Source of the DNA: Gemmatimonadales bacterium
Lineage (GTDB): Bacteria > Gemmatimonadota > Gemmatimonadetes > Palauibacterales > Palauibacteraceae
Assembly (NCBI GenBank): GCA_037385645.1
Contig: JARRMU010000024.1
Span: forward strand, 1 to 60,715
Direction: 5' to 3'
Length of the DNA stretch: 60,715 nt
The position numbers and the translations under genes are program-made. Shown here piece after piece: positions 20,059 through 29,724 of this stretch; position 1 is the stretch's first letter; every line of letters starts with the position of its first letter. The notes under the pieces are model-generated. The model was given only the letters and a program-made list of their open reading frames with translations. It ran no database searches and was not told the origin of the DNA.

Positions 20059-21099
20059 TCAGGTAGGATCCTCGACCCCCACAGGTTCGAAGGGGAGCTC
20101 GACGATCTCGACGAGCCCGTCACCACCGGGCTCGAAGGCCAGTCGACGCCCAGGCTCGATCTCGGTCCGCGCGAGACCGAGCGCTATGCGGCCTAAGCGG
20201 GGGGAGTCGACAGCCGAGGAGATCACACCGCGTTCCCTCCCACCTTCGAACAGGGGCTGTCCGGGTTCGAGAGTCGGCGAACTAGATGGGCCGACGGAGG
20301 GTCGGAGCTGTCGGAACCCTCTCAGGACCCGGTTGACGTGTCCCCTGAAGTGGATGCGTGCCACGACTTCCTGCCCGGTGTAGCAGCCCTTGTCGAAGCT
20401 TATGGCCCGGGCATCCTGCCCCGCCTCCTGCGCCAGGTCATCTTCGCTGAAATCGCTCCCGAAGGCAGGAATACCACGTTCGACGCGGAGGATCTCCCAG
20501 GCATACGCGCCGACTTCTCTTCCCCCGCGCTCCGAGACCGCGGTCGCAAGCCCGGAGCGCACGTCCTCTCGCGCATCAGGCGGCACATAAAGATCGAAGC
20601 CCGGCCCTTCGATCTCCTCACGACGGGCGATGAGGACCTCGGTTTCCCGTATCTCCAGGGATCGCGACTGCAGGGGTTTCAGGGCGTTCGTGACGGCAGC
20701 GCCGGCCCAGCCGTCGACCGCCGCCGCGGCCAATGGGCCGATGACCGCCAGTCGGCAGGTATCGGTTTCGTTGAACGTTGCATAGATCGGCGGAAGATAC
20801 TTGCGGAGGTGGGCGAGCGCCGAGCCCAGACAGCTCACCGGCATGTCCATCCAAAACTCCGACTCGAGTCGGAGCAACCTCATCTCGGCGACCGGCCGGC
20901 CCTTGGGCGTCAGCATGAAGGCGTAGAGGCCGTCGCCGGTGGCGAGGCCCTTCACGTCGTTGGTCAGCAGCCCGTGCAACATCTCGCCGGCGTGGTCTCC
21001 CTGTACGCTGACGATCGTCCGGGTGCGCTCGTCGAGAACTCCTGCGCTCTCGACCAGTGCCCGATGCTCGGAGGAACTGTCCGGTTCGGCCTCACGCAC
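20059..21099 (-). CDS. ygfZ: Folate-binding YgfZ/GcvT-family protein
   Basis: Signature KGCYTGQEVVAR; LTPKGR; LRVERGIP. Confidence 0.92.
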   Translation of the reverse strand: MREAEPDSSSEHRALVESAGVLDERTRTIVSVQGDHAGEMLHGLLTNDVKGLATGDGLYAFMLTPKGRPVAEMRLLRLESEFWMDMPVSCLGSALAHLRKYLPPIYATFNETDTCRLAVIGPLAAAAVDGWAGAAVTNALKPLQSRSLEIRETEVLIARREEIEGPGFDLYVPPDAREDVRSGLATAVSERGGREVGAYAWEILRVERGIPAFGSDFSEDDLAQEAGQDARAISFDKGCYTGQEVVARIHFRGHVNRVLRGFRQLRPSVGPSSSPTLEPGQPLFEGGRERGVISSAVDSPRLGRIALGLARTEIEPGRRLAFEPGGDGLVEIVELPFEPVGVEDPT

Positions 21100-21236
21100 T
21101 GCTATTGACTCCTCTTAGCACCTTCGTAACAGGCCTGGTCCCCGGCGCAAACCGGGGACCGAGAGATTAGGCCGCGCGCTTGGCTTACATCAGCGGAGGC
21201 CTGAGCCGCCGCGCGACGGCCATCGGTAAGAAGGAG

Positions 21237-21887
21237 CTACATCCCGATCTCACCGGCACGACCATCCCACTCGAGGACGAACGTCACGCGCCGGTTCTCG
21301 ATGCCGCTCTGCGGATTCTGCGCGCCCGTGTTGCCCGGGAACACCTGACGGTTGTTCACCTCACCGTAGCTCACGGCGCGGACCCGGTCGCTGTTCATAC
21401 CGGCGTCGATCAGATAGGCCCGAACGTTCTCGGCACGACGCCGACCGAGGTCGTAGTTATACGCCACCGATCCTGCCTGGTCGGTGAAGCCCTCGAGCGT
21501 CACCAGAGCGTTGCCGTGCTCTTGCTGCATGACCCTGGCGAACTCATCCAAGACCGGCATATCCACGTCCCGGATCGCGTCGTCGTTGAAGTCGAAGTAA
21601 ACGGGCAGGCCGAGAGCCATGCCACCGCAGCCGCATTCCTCGAACGCACGACGCAGCGCTGCGAGATCGTCCTCGAGCGCGCTCACGCGGCCCTCGAGAT
21701 CGGCGACCGCTCCAGCCAGACCGGCAAGCCCGGCCAGCTGCGCAGCGTGCTCGTCAAGGCTGCTGTTGATGGCGGCGAAGCGCGCATCAAGCTCCTCTAC
21801 GTGCACCAGGTGGCTGCAACCACCCGCCAGCACGACGGCAGCCAGCGCCGCGACCGCTGTCTTGAGCGAACTTCCCTTCTTACCCAT
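21237..21887 (-). CDS. OmpA/Pal-family lipoprotein with N-terminal coiled coil
   Basis: Lipobox LAGGC, VYFDFN, EGFTD..GS..YN..LG.RRA, NRRV. Confidence 0.93.
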   Translation of the reverse strand: MGKKGSSLKTAVAALAAVVLAGGCSHLVHVEELDARFAAINSSLDEHAAQLAGLAGLAGAVADLEGRVSALEDDLAALRRAFEECGCGGMALGLPVYFDFNDDAIRDVDMPVLDEFARVMQQEHGNALVTLEGFTDQAGSVAYNYDLGRRRAENVRAYLIDAGMNSDRVRAVSYGEVNNRQVFPGNTGAQNPQSGIENRRVTFVLEWDGRAGEIGM

Positions 21888-22154
21888 GCAGGCCTCCCTT
21901 TCAGGGATACTTGAACCCGTGTCGAGCGCAGACGTCGCGTCTCGATATATATGTTAACGCGAATGGGGGGGCCAATAAACCTGTAAACCCGAGCCCGTTC
22001 GCGCAAGGGCGGACGAATGTCGCGCGCCACACAGCGCGCGTGCAAATACGAGGCCAGGCAAACCTGTCCAAGCCCTCAAGCTCCCATACTTTAGCTCGAT
22101 TGACCTCTCAGCGGAACCCCTACAGCGGGAGCACCGCGGACGGTACCTCGGGCC

Positions 22155-23324
22155 TCAGGCCTCGTTGCGCACTTCCAGACCTGTGGAGGCCTTGCGGGCC
22201 ATGTAGGCGCGGTACCATTCCACCGACCTGCGCCAACCGTCCTCCGTGGACACGGTCGGCTTCCAACCCAGCTCCTCGCGGATGAGCGCTCCGTCGTACG
22301 GATCCCCCTCCGTGAAGAGTCGGATGCGGCGGGGGGTGAGCACGCCCGGACGCACACCCGGGATGATTCGGCCGAAGACCGTCCCGATACGACATGCGGC
22401 GGCGACGAGCGGCACGGGAACCGGCAGAACGGGCGCGTCGGGACCCCGGCCGGCGGCGATGCGGACCAGTGTCTTCTGGGTGAGCTCGCCGTCATCCGTC
22501 ACGTTGTAGGTCTGCCAGGCAGCCGCGTCTTGCGTGGCGGCGAGCCAGACTGCCAGCGCCACGTTGCCGGCGTAGACGAGAGGGAGATCGTTCGCCCCCA
22601 TTCCCAGTGTGCTAAGCACCGGACGAGAGGCCCACCGCAGGATACGGGGCGTGAACAGACGGTCCCGCTCGCCCATCACGATATCCGGCCTCAAGATGCA
22701 CCATTCGATACGCCGGCCGACCTTCCGAACCACCTCCTCGGCCATTCGCTTGGTGAGGCTGTAGTGATCCTCCTCGGGGATCGGGTCATCGAGGGGAGTC
22801 TCTTCGTCCAGAGGCAGGATGCTCTCGTCGAAGGGCGCTCCGTATGCCGCCACGCTGGAGATGTGAACGAAACGCCGTACGGCGGAGTCGATGGCCTCCT
22901 TGAGGATCCGGCGCGTGCCTTCGACGTTCACCTCGACGTGGCGATCCATGGAGGCGGGCTTGCCGAGCTGTGCCGCCGAGTGGACGACGACCTCGCAGCC
23001 CGCCGCCGCGCCGCTGACGGCGTCCGGATCCGTCAGGTCGGCGACGACGAACTCGCAGCCGAGCTCCTCTAGAAACGCGGCGTCGCTCGTCGGCCGGATG
23101 AGGGCGCGAACCCTCCAGCCCATCTCGCGGAAGAGGGCCGCCGCGTGGCTGCCAATGAGCCCGGTGCCGCCGGTGAGCAGGACGGTGGCCGACATAGCGT
23201 CGAGATCGGACTCGGACTCCAGCTCGGCCTCGGGGGCCGGTTCGGCTTGAGTCTCGGAGGTGGAATCGGGCTCATCCGGGGTGTCGAACAGCGAGTAGGA
23301 ATCGCCCTCGGGAGGGACCAACAT
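22155..23324 (-). CDS. NAD-dependent epimerase/dehydratase (extended SDR)
   Basis: TGGTGLIG, HSAA, SSVAAYG, YSLTK. Alternative start at 23195. Confidence 0.9.
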   Translation of the reverse strand: MLVPPEGDSYSLFDTPDEPDSTSETQAEPAPEAELESESDLDAMSATVLLTGGTGLIGSHAAALFREMGWRVRALIRPTSDAAFLEELGCEFVVADLTDPDAVSGAAAGCEVVVHSAAQLGKPASMDRHVEVNVEGTRRILKEAIDSAVRRFVHISSVAAYGAPFDESILPLDEETPLDDPIPEEDHYSLTKRMAEEVVRKVGRRIEWCILRPDIVMGERDRLFTPRILRWASRPVLSTLGMGANDLPLVYAGNVALAVWLAATQDAAAWQTYNVTDDGELTQKTLVRIAAGRGPDAPVLPVPVPLVAAACRIGTVFGRIIPGVRPGVLTPRRIRLFTEGDPYDGALIREELGWKPTVSTEDGWRRSVEWYRAYMARKASTGLEVRNEA

Positions 23325-23444
23325 GCCGCCTACCTCTCTCCAATTACTATCGGGTTGGTGCAAAGTTTTCCGGCACCGGGATGTGCATGGCATGCAAGGT
23401 ATGATTCTCGGCTGGACGAGTCAGACCACACAAGGTGGGAGACC

Positions 23445-23480
23445 AAAAAAAGAGGGCGCGACCCTGGGGTCGCGCCCTTT
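23445..23480 (-). terminator. Rho-independent terminator
   Basis: GC-rich stem AGGGCGCGACCC/GGGTCGCGCCCT followed by a U7 tract on the minus strand, downstream of the beta-barrel gene. Confidence 0.88.
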
Positions 23481-23535
23481 GAGCGCCGGGACAGCCTGAA
23501 GCTAAGGCAACGTCCGGCCGACCGTCGTCCCCGGC

Positions 23536-24282
23536 CTAGAGGACGTTGAATCGGATGTTCAGCCCTACCGGGATGTCCTGGAAGGTGCCAAACGGGCTCG
23601 TGTTGTACAGGCTGGTGATCGGATCGGTGTCGTCCTCGTTGCCGAACATCCAGTGGACGCCGCCGAAGACCGAGATCTCACCGCAGATCCGCGCCCGTGC
23701 CGGCGTGCAGTCGCCGACCTCGAACCCGAGTCGGATCCCGCCCCGGAACTCGGGATAGGCGTCCTGCCAGTCGATCAGGCAGTAACCGCCCGGCGCGCCC
23801 TCGCATCCCAGATCGCTCGTGTCGGTCGGGTTGGAGTCGCGGAAATCCACCTTCTGCGAGTTCACGAACACGGCGCCGCCGAGCAGGAAGAGCTGGAACT
23901 TAAACTTGTTGTCCGGCTGGTTGATGAAATTGAAATCGAGGCCGCCGGTTAAGTGAGTCAGCGTAATGTTCGGTCCCCCATCGATGTCGCTGCTGCTCGG
24001 ACCCAGTGGAGTCGCCACGAGCACATCTTCACCCTTGAGCAGGTCCCAGCTTCCTTCGAGCCTGACGCTGAACAGATCGCTGACGAAATAGTTGGCGCCG
24101 GCCCCGAACGTGGGCCCGCCCTTCGCGATATCCTTCAGATCGCCAAGCGGAATCGCGTAGCCGCCCTGCACGTCGAACGACCAGATCTTCGACGCGTAGG
24201 CTTGGGCGTTCGCGGCCTGCGGGATGGCCACCATGACAACAGCCGCCATCAGGAGCGAGCGGAGTAATCTGTAGCGGAGCAT
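23536..24282 (-). CDS. Outer-membrane beta-barrel protein (OmpW/OMP_b-brl-like)
   Basis: AAGGAGG RBS, signal peptide ending ANA-Q, alternating beta strands, C-terminal IPVGLNIRF. Confidence 0.75.
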   Translation of the reverse strand: MLRYRLLRSLLMAAVVMVAIPQAANAQAYASKIWSFDVQGGYAIPLGDLKDIAKGGPTFGAGANYFVSDLFSVRLEGSWDLLKGEDVLVATPLGPSSSDIDGGPNITLTHLTGGLDFNFINQPDNKFKFQLFLLGGAVFVNSQKVDFRDSNPTDTSDLGCEGAPGGYCLIDWQDAYPEFRGGIRLGFEVGDCTPARARICGEISVFGGVHWMFGNEDDTDPITSLYNTSPFGTFQDIPVGLNIRFNVL

Positions 24283-24658
24283 GTCAGTTTTCCTCCTTGG
24301 CTTCAGTGCGTCCCGAGTATTAGTGCCGTTGTCACGGATGGGACGGGAGAGCATATGTCTCTTCGCCGCACGCGGCCCGTCTGCCCTAGAACACACGACC
24401 GCCGCGCAGACGCAAGTTTGTGTCATTATAGGGAATCACGCAAGTACCTGCGCATTCCCCACAGCAAGATAGATGCCCTTTGTCGACAGGTTAATCCGCG
24501 GGACCAGGCCACGATAGAAGGGCGCCAAGCACCCCGCGGCACCAACCCGATCCCCGCATTGGACGCGTCTCGAGACGACTCCCACGAGTAAGACGTCCCG
24601 TTCGACCGCAAAATGTAACCCAAAAGGCGAAATAAAGGAACAGCAGCGGCGAGATCCG

Positions 24659-25594
24659 TCAGCGGCGTCTCGCGTAGGCCTGCAGCGCTTCCGGCAAGGG
24701 CGTCAGCCGTTGATCGAACAGCTTGCGAAATCGAGAGTTGTCGGCAACGGCGCTTTGAAGAAGAAAGTCGACGGCGTCGCGGGAGAGCAGCTGTCCGGGC
24801 GCCAGCTCCGCCAGCCATGCCGCGACCTTGACGAATGAGACGGGGAAATGGACGATCGGTTTCGACTGGGCGGTCACCTCCATGGCGATCCGGATGATCT
24901 CGTCCAGCGAGTAGACGATGGGCCCCCCGAGCTCGAAGATCTCGCCCGGTGCCGATCGGGTTTCGACGGCGTCTGCGACGACGGCTGCCAGATCCCCGAC
25001 GTACAGGGGGTTCAACCGCTGAGCCCCGTCCCCGATCTGCGGGAAAAACAGCGGGTTGAGTCGAAGCGCCCGGATGAAGAGGTTCAGACTCCGGTCCTCG
25101 GGGCCATAGACCCAGGAGGGGCGGATGATCGTATACTCGAGCCCCGAGTCGCGGACGGACCCCTCGGCGAACGCCTTGGCTCGGTACCACGTCCGATCAG
25201 AAGATGGATCCGCACCGACGCCGGATAGGTACACAAAGCGTTGAACACTGGCCGCCCGGGCGCCCTCCACCAGGTTCCGCGTGCCTCGACCATCGACCTC
25301 CATGAAGGTGAGGCCCCGGGAGGGATCCTCGACGGGAAACCCGGAGAACTGAACGCATTGAATGACGGTGTCCACATCCTGGAAGGCATCACGGAGGCTG
25401 TCGGGCCGAGTCACGTCTCCCGACCGCGCTTCCAGGGCCAGCCCCTGGAAACGTCGTCGGATACGATCTTGATCACGGCCGAGGGCGACGACGCGATGTC
25501 CTCTGGCCGCGAGCTCTCGTACAAACGAAGAGCCCAAGAATCCCGTGGCACCGGCGACCAGAACAGCTGGCCGTCCCTGTTCACTCGCGCTCAT
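24659..25594 (-). CDS. Atypical SDR / NAD(P)H-binding protein (NDUFA9-like)
   Basis: AGATGFLG, WYRAK..AE, IIRPSWVYGPED. Confidence 0.88.
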   Translation of the reverse strand: MSASEQGRPAVLVAGATGFLGSSFVRELAARGHRVVALGRDQDRIRRRFQGLALEARSGDVTRPDSLRDAFQDVDTVIQCVQFSGFPVEDPSRGLTFMEVDGRGTRNLVEGARAASVQRFVYLSGVGADPSSDRTWYRAKAFAEGSVRDSGLEYTIIRPSWVYGPEDRSLNLFIRALRLNPLFFPQIGDGAQRLNPLYVGDLAAVVADAVETRSAPGEIFELGGPIVYSLDEIIRIAMEVTAQSKPIVHFPVSFVKVAAWLAELAPGQLLSRDAVDFLLQSAVADNSRFRKLFDQRLTPLPEALQAYARRR

Positions 25595-25621
25595 CGCCTC
25601 TCCTTGAGATAGGATTTCCTG

Positions 25622-27538
25622 ATGCCGGACTTTCGCGAGGCACTCGACAGCGGACGCGTCATCCTCCTGGACGGCGCCATGGGCACCGAGATTTACCGCC
25701 GCGGGGTCTTCATCAACCGCTGCTTCGATGACCTCTGCCGGACCGATCCGAATCTAGTCCGCGAGGTCCACGCCGAGTACCGCAAAGCGGGCGCTCAGGT
25801 CCTGGAGACGAACACCTTCGGTGCCAACCGCTTTCGCCTGCAGGGCTACGGCCTCGAATCCCAGGTCGGCGAGGTCAATGCCGCGGCCGCTGCTCTCGCT
25901 CGGGAGGTGGCCGGCGACGGGCTCTTCGTGGCGGGAAGCATCGGTCCGATCGGAGTCCGGCTGGAGCCGTACGGAGCCACGGCGCGCTCCGAGGCCCGCG
26001 AGGCGTTCCGCGAGCAAGCCGCCGCCCTCGCAGAGGCCGGTGTGGATCTCTTCACCCTGGAGACTTTCAGCGACCTGGAGGAGATCCGCCAGGCGATCGA
26101 AGGCTGCCATGCTGCGTCCGATCTTCCCATCATCGCGCAGGTAACGATCCAACCGAACGGCGAAACGACGTACGGCGATCAACCCGAGCATATCGCCGAG
26201 TCCGTACGTGCATGGGGCGTCGACGCGATCGGGCTCAACTGCAGCGTCGGTCCCGCCATCATTCTGGCCGCGATCCAGAAGATGGCCAGGGTCACGGATC
26301 TGCCGCTCTCCGCCGTGCCGAACGCCGGTCTGCCGCAGGAGGTGCACGGGCGCAAGATCTACCTGGCCGATCCCGAGTACATGGCGGGCTATGCCCGGCG
26401 GCTCGTGCAGGCGGGCGTGCGTATCGTCGGCGGATGCTGCGGGACCACTCCGGCCCACATACGGGAGATGGCGACCCAGGTCCGCGTGGTGGCCCAACGC
26501 GCACCGCGGGTCAGAGTCGGGCCGACCCACGGGGCCGAGAGCCCCGTCTCTCTGGCGGTCCGCGACGAAGAGGCCACCGAGCCGGCTCCGATCGCGGATC
26601 GCTCGGCCTGGGGGCGAAAGCTCGGAGCCGGAGAGATGGTGACCAGCGTCGAGATTCTTCCACCGCGAGGCACGGACGCCAGCGACATGCTCGAGTCCTG
26701 CCGGTGGCTGAAGGGAGCAGGCGTCGACGCGGTGAACGTGCCCGACGGGGCGCGCGCGATGATGCGCATGGGGGTGATCGCGGCTTCCGCGCTGATCGAG
26801 CGGGAGGTCGGGATCGAGACCGTCGTCCACTACTGCTGCCGGGATCGGAACCTTCTCGGCATGATGAGCGATCTCATCGGAGCACAGGCGCTCGGCCTGA
26901 GGAACATGCTGCTGATCACGGGCGATCCGCCGAAGATGGGCCCGTATCCGGACGCGACGGCGGTTTTCGACATCGATTCGGTGGGCCTGACGAACCTGGT
27001 CTCGCACCTCAACCACGGCCTGGACCTCGGTGGCAACGCCCTGGGCAGTTCGACCTCCTTCGTGGTCGGCGTGGGTGTGAATCCCGGGGCCGTGGACGTG
27101 GACGAGGAGATCGAGCACTGGTACTGGAAGGTGCAGGCCGGCGCGGAGTTCGGCGTCACGCAGCCGGTCTTCGACGTGGAGACGCTCGTCGCGTTCCTCG
27201 AGCGGATTGAGAAGGCAGGAACACGGATACCGATCGTCGCCGGAATCTGGCCGCTCGTCAGCCTGCGAAACGCGGAATTCCTGAACAACGAGGTTCCGGG
27301 GATCGAAGTCCCCGACCGGTACATGGATCGAATGCGGGATGCGCAGGAGCGTGGTAAGGAGCAGGCCAGAGGAGAGGGATGCGCGATCGCGCGCGAGATG
27401 CTCTCCGAGGTCGCCGACCTCGTGGAAGGCGTGCAGGTGAGCGCGCCGTTCGGCAAGGTGCCCTACGCCCTCGACGTCTTCGCCGCTCTGGAAGGGTACC
27501 CGACCCTGGCGGAGCTGGAAGAGCAGATGAAGGGTTAG
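25622..27538 (+). CDS. yitJ: Bifunctional homocysteine S-methyltransferase / methylenetetrahydrofolate reductase
   Basis: DGAMGT, ETNTFGAN, LNC and GGCCGT zinc ligands, then an MTHFR domain with CRDRN, ITGDP, TQPVFD. Confidence 0.94.
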   Translation: MPDFREALDSGRVILLDGAMGTEIYRRGVFINRCFDDLCRTDPNLVREVHAEYRKAGAQVLETNTFGANRFRLQGYGLESQVGEVNAAAAALAREVAGDGLFVAGSIGPIGVRLEPYGATARSEAREAFREQAAALAEAGVDLFTLETFSDLEEIRQAIEGCHAASDLPIIAQVTIQPNGETTYGDQPEHIAESVRAWGVDAIGLNCSVGPAIILAAIQKMARVTDLPLSAVPNAGLPQEVHGRKIYLADPEYMAGYARRLVQAGVRIVGGCCGTTPAHIREMATQVRVVAQRAPRVRVGPTHGAESPVSLAVRDEEATEPAPIADRSAWGRKLGAGEMVTSVEILPPRGTDASDMLESCRWLKGAGVDAVNVPDGARAMMRMGVIAASALIEREVGIETVVHYCCRDRNLLGMMSDLIGAQALGLRNMLLITGDPPKMGPYPDATAVFDIDSVGLTNLVSHLNHGLDLGGNALGSSTSFVVGVGVNPGAVDVDEEIEHWYWKVQAGAEFGVTQPVFDVETLVAFLERIEKAGTRIPIVAGIWPLVSLRNAEFLNNEVPGIEVPDRYMDRMRDAQERGKEQARGEGCAIAREMLSEVADLVEGVQVSAPFGKVPYALDVFAALEGYPTLAELEEQMKG

Positions 27539-27643
27539 CCCAGCCGAGGCGGTTCGGCCTAAGTTGCCGGTCCGCCTCGCCGGTGGGATGGCATCGCTAG
27601 GAGGAAGACGAGCCCATTCTGGAGACCTGGCACGGATGAAAAC

Positions 27644-29659
27644 ATGTTGACGAAGCTGCTGGAGCGAGACGTCACGAAGCGACCGAGCACAGTTCGGCTT
27701 CAGGGCCGGATCCTTTTCCTCACCGAAGATCCCGGGCTGATCCGACGCCAGCTGGAGGGCGAGGATCTGGAGTGGGACCCCTCGATTCCCCTCAGGGACG
27801 ACATCAGCACGGACGAGATCACACCCGGCTGGGTCTGCTACTACTACGACGACAAGCTGGGCGAGTACCCGTACGTCGGTCTTCGGTGTTCCGGCGAACT
27901 GCCCATCGGGCGAAACGACGTGAAGAACGGCCGCTTCGTCTGCTCGGTATCCGGCAAGCGACGCGGCAAGGGCTCGAGCCGCGAGGCGGCGCCCTACGCA
28001 GAGCAGGCGGCCGGGATCCGCGTCGTCATCGCCGAGAACATCGAGCGTATCTACCGGGAGAACTGTGAGAATCGCGGCATCCTCGCGTCGACGGACTTCT
28101 CCCTCATCGACAAGATCCGGCGGGGCGAAGAGATCCCGCTCGAGGCGTTCATCGGAAATGCCGGCCGGATCGAGCGCGACATCATCGAATACGGCGGACT
28201 GCTGGACTACGCGGTCGCCCGCCTCAAAGGGCTGGTCCAGGTGCCGGAGATCCGAACCGCGCCGCGGCCGACGACAGTCGCGGAGAAGATCCTCGCACGG
28301 CACTGGGTCGCGGATCTGGCCAAGGATGCGGTCGGCGTAGCCGCCGTGCAGCCCGGCGACACCGGGTTCGTGCGCACGGATCTCCGGTTCAGCCACGAGT
28401 ACGTGACCCCGATGGCAGCCACGTTCTGGGAGGATTTCGCCGGCGCCGAGGCGGGCCTCAACGACCCGGAGAGCATCGTCTTTTTCCGCGACCACCTCGC
28501 GTTTCTCGACCAGGTGATGACGGAGGAGAGGAAGCGGATGGGACTGCTCGACGCGGCCCACGCGCTTCACGACCGGCAGCGCGAGTTCTCCGAGCGGCAG
28601 GGAGTCCGCCTGCACGGGGAGCTCCCCGACCGGGTGGGCAGCGAGGCGATCTGCCACGTGATGGTCCAGGACCGGTACGCGCTTCCGGGCACGGTGATCA
28701 TCGGGAGCGACTCACACACACCCCACTCGGGCTGCATCGGCTGCGTCGCTTTCGGGGTCGGCACGTCGGCGATCGTCAACTCGTGGACAACGCGAGACGT
28801 TCGGCTGGAGGTGCCCCGCTCCGTGCGGGTTCGCGTCTCCGGCGTTTTGCCGGAGAACGTCACCGCCAAGGATCTGATCATCGAGGTTCTGCGTCATCCC
28901 TATGTGGTGGGCGGCGAAGCGATCGGGAAGATCATCGAGTACTGCGGCGAAGCGATCGAGGCGTTGGGCATCGACGAGCGGGCGACGCTGACCAACATGG
29001 CGGCGGAGGTCGGTGGCTTCACAGGGATCGTGGCGCCGGACGAGCGAACCGTGGAGTGGCTCATCGAGCGTCGCGGTATGGAACGCGCCGAGGCCGAGGA
29101 GATGATCGCCGGACTCTCCAGCGATGAGGACGCCGAGTACGAGTGGACCCTCGAGATCGATGCCTCGAGTCTGCGCCCGATGGTGGCTCGGCCAGGGGAT
29201 CCAGGCAACGGGATCTTCGTGGACGAGCTCGCGGACGAGGTGCCGGTGGACATCGTCTATGCCGGCTCGTGCACGGGCGGGAAGCGGGAGGACTTCGACA
29301 TGTACGCGGAGGTCGTCCGCGAGGGCCTGCAAGCCGGTCGGCGGGTGCCGGAGGGCGTGTCGGCCTACATCCAGTACGGATCGATCGATGTCGAGGCGTA
29401 CGCCCGGAAGCGGGGTTACGACAGGCTGTTCGAGGAAGCGGGCCTGACGGTGCTGGCGCCCGGATGCGGAGCCTGCATCAACGCCGGCCCCGGGGTTAGC
29501 ACCTCATCGGAGCAGGTCACGGTCAGCTCGATCAACCGCAACTTCCCGGGCAGGAGCGGGCCGGGAAAGGTCTACCTGGGCAGCCCCTACACCGTCATGG
29601 CATCTGCCCTGGCCGGCCGGCTGGCGACCTACGAGCCCGAGGCGGCCGTGCGGGCGTGA
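27644..29659 (+). CDS. Aconitase-family hydro-lyase, LeuD-like swivel domain fused N-terminally to a LeuC-like domain
   Basis: N-terminal DDISTDEITP and GSSRE.A; C-terminal DH, GSDSHT, ATLTNM, GSCT, PGCGAC, SINRNFPGR. Confidence 0.9.
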   Translation: MLTKLLERDVTKRPSTVRLQGRILFLTEDPGLIRRQLEGEDLEWDPSIPLRDDISTDEITPGWVCYYYDDKLGEYPYVGLRCSGELPIGRNDVKNGRFVCSVSGKRRGKGSSREAAPYAEQAAGIRVVIAENIERIYRENCENRGILASTDFSLIDKIRRGEEIPLEAFIGNAGRIERDIIEYGGLLDYAVARLKGLVQVPEIRTAPRPTTVAEKILARHWVADLAKDAVGVAAVQPGDTGFVRTDLRFSHEYVTPMAATFWEDFAGAEAGLNDPESIVFFRDHLAFLDQVMTEERKRMGLLDAAHALHDRQREFSERQGVRLHGELPDRVGSEAICHVMVQDRYALPGTVIIGSDSHTPHSGCIGCVAFGVGTSAIVNSWTTRDVRLEVPRSVRVRVSGVLPENVTAKDLIIEVLRHPYVVGGEAIGKIIEYCGEAIEALGIDERATLTNMAAEVGGFTGIVAPDERTVEWLIERRGMERAEAEEMIAGLSSDEDAEYEWTLEIDASSLRPMVARPGDPGNGIFVDELADEVPVDIVYAGSCTGGKREDFDMYAEVVREGLQAGRRVPEGVSAYIQYGSIDVEAYARKRGYDRLFEEAGLTVLAPGCGACINAGPGVSTSSEQVTVSSINRNFPGRSGPGKVYLGSPYTVMASALAGRLATYEPEAAVRA

Positions 29660-29724
29660 CTCGGCGTGCCGGCTAGCTCCGTCCTGGACCCCGCCATGCC
29701 AGCCCGCCGGCGCCGCTTCCTGTC

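Noticed and set aside
25754-28657. 967-aa minus-strand ORF and similar long antisense ORFs (for example 4267-5559, 33681-35306, 43487-44986)
   Set aside because: Shadow frames of well-supported genes in high-GC DNA; no recognisable motifs.
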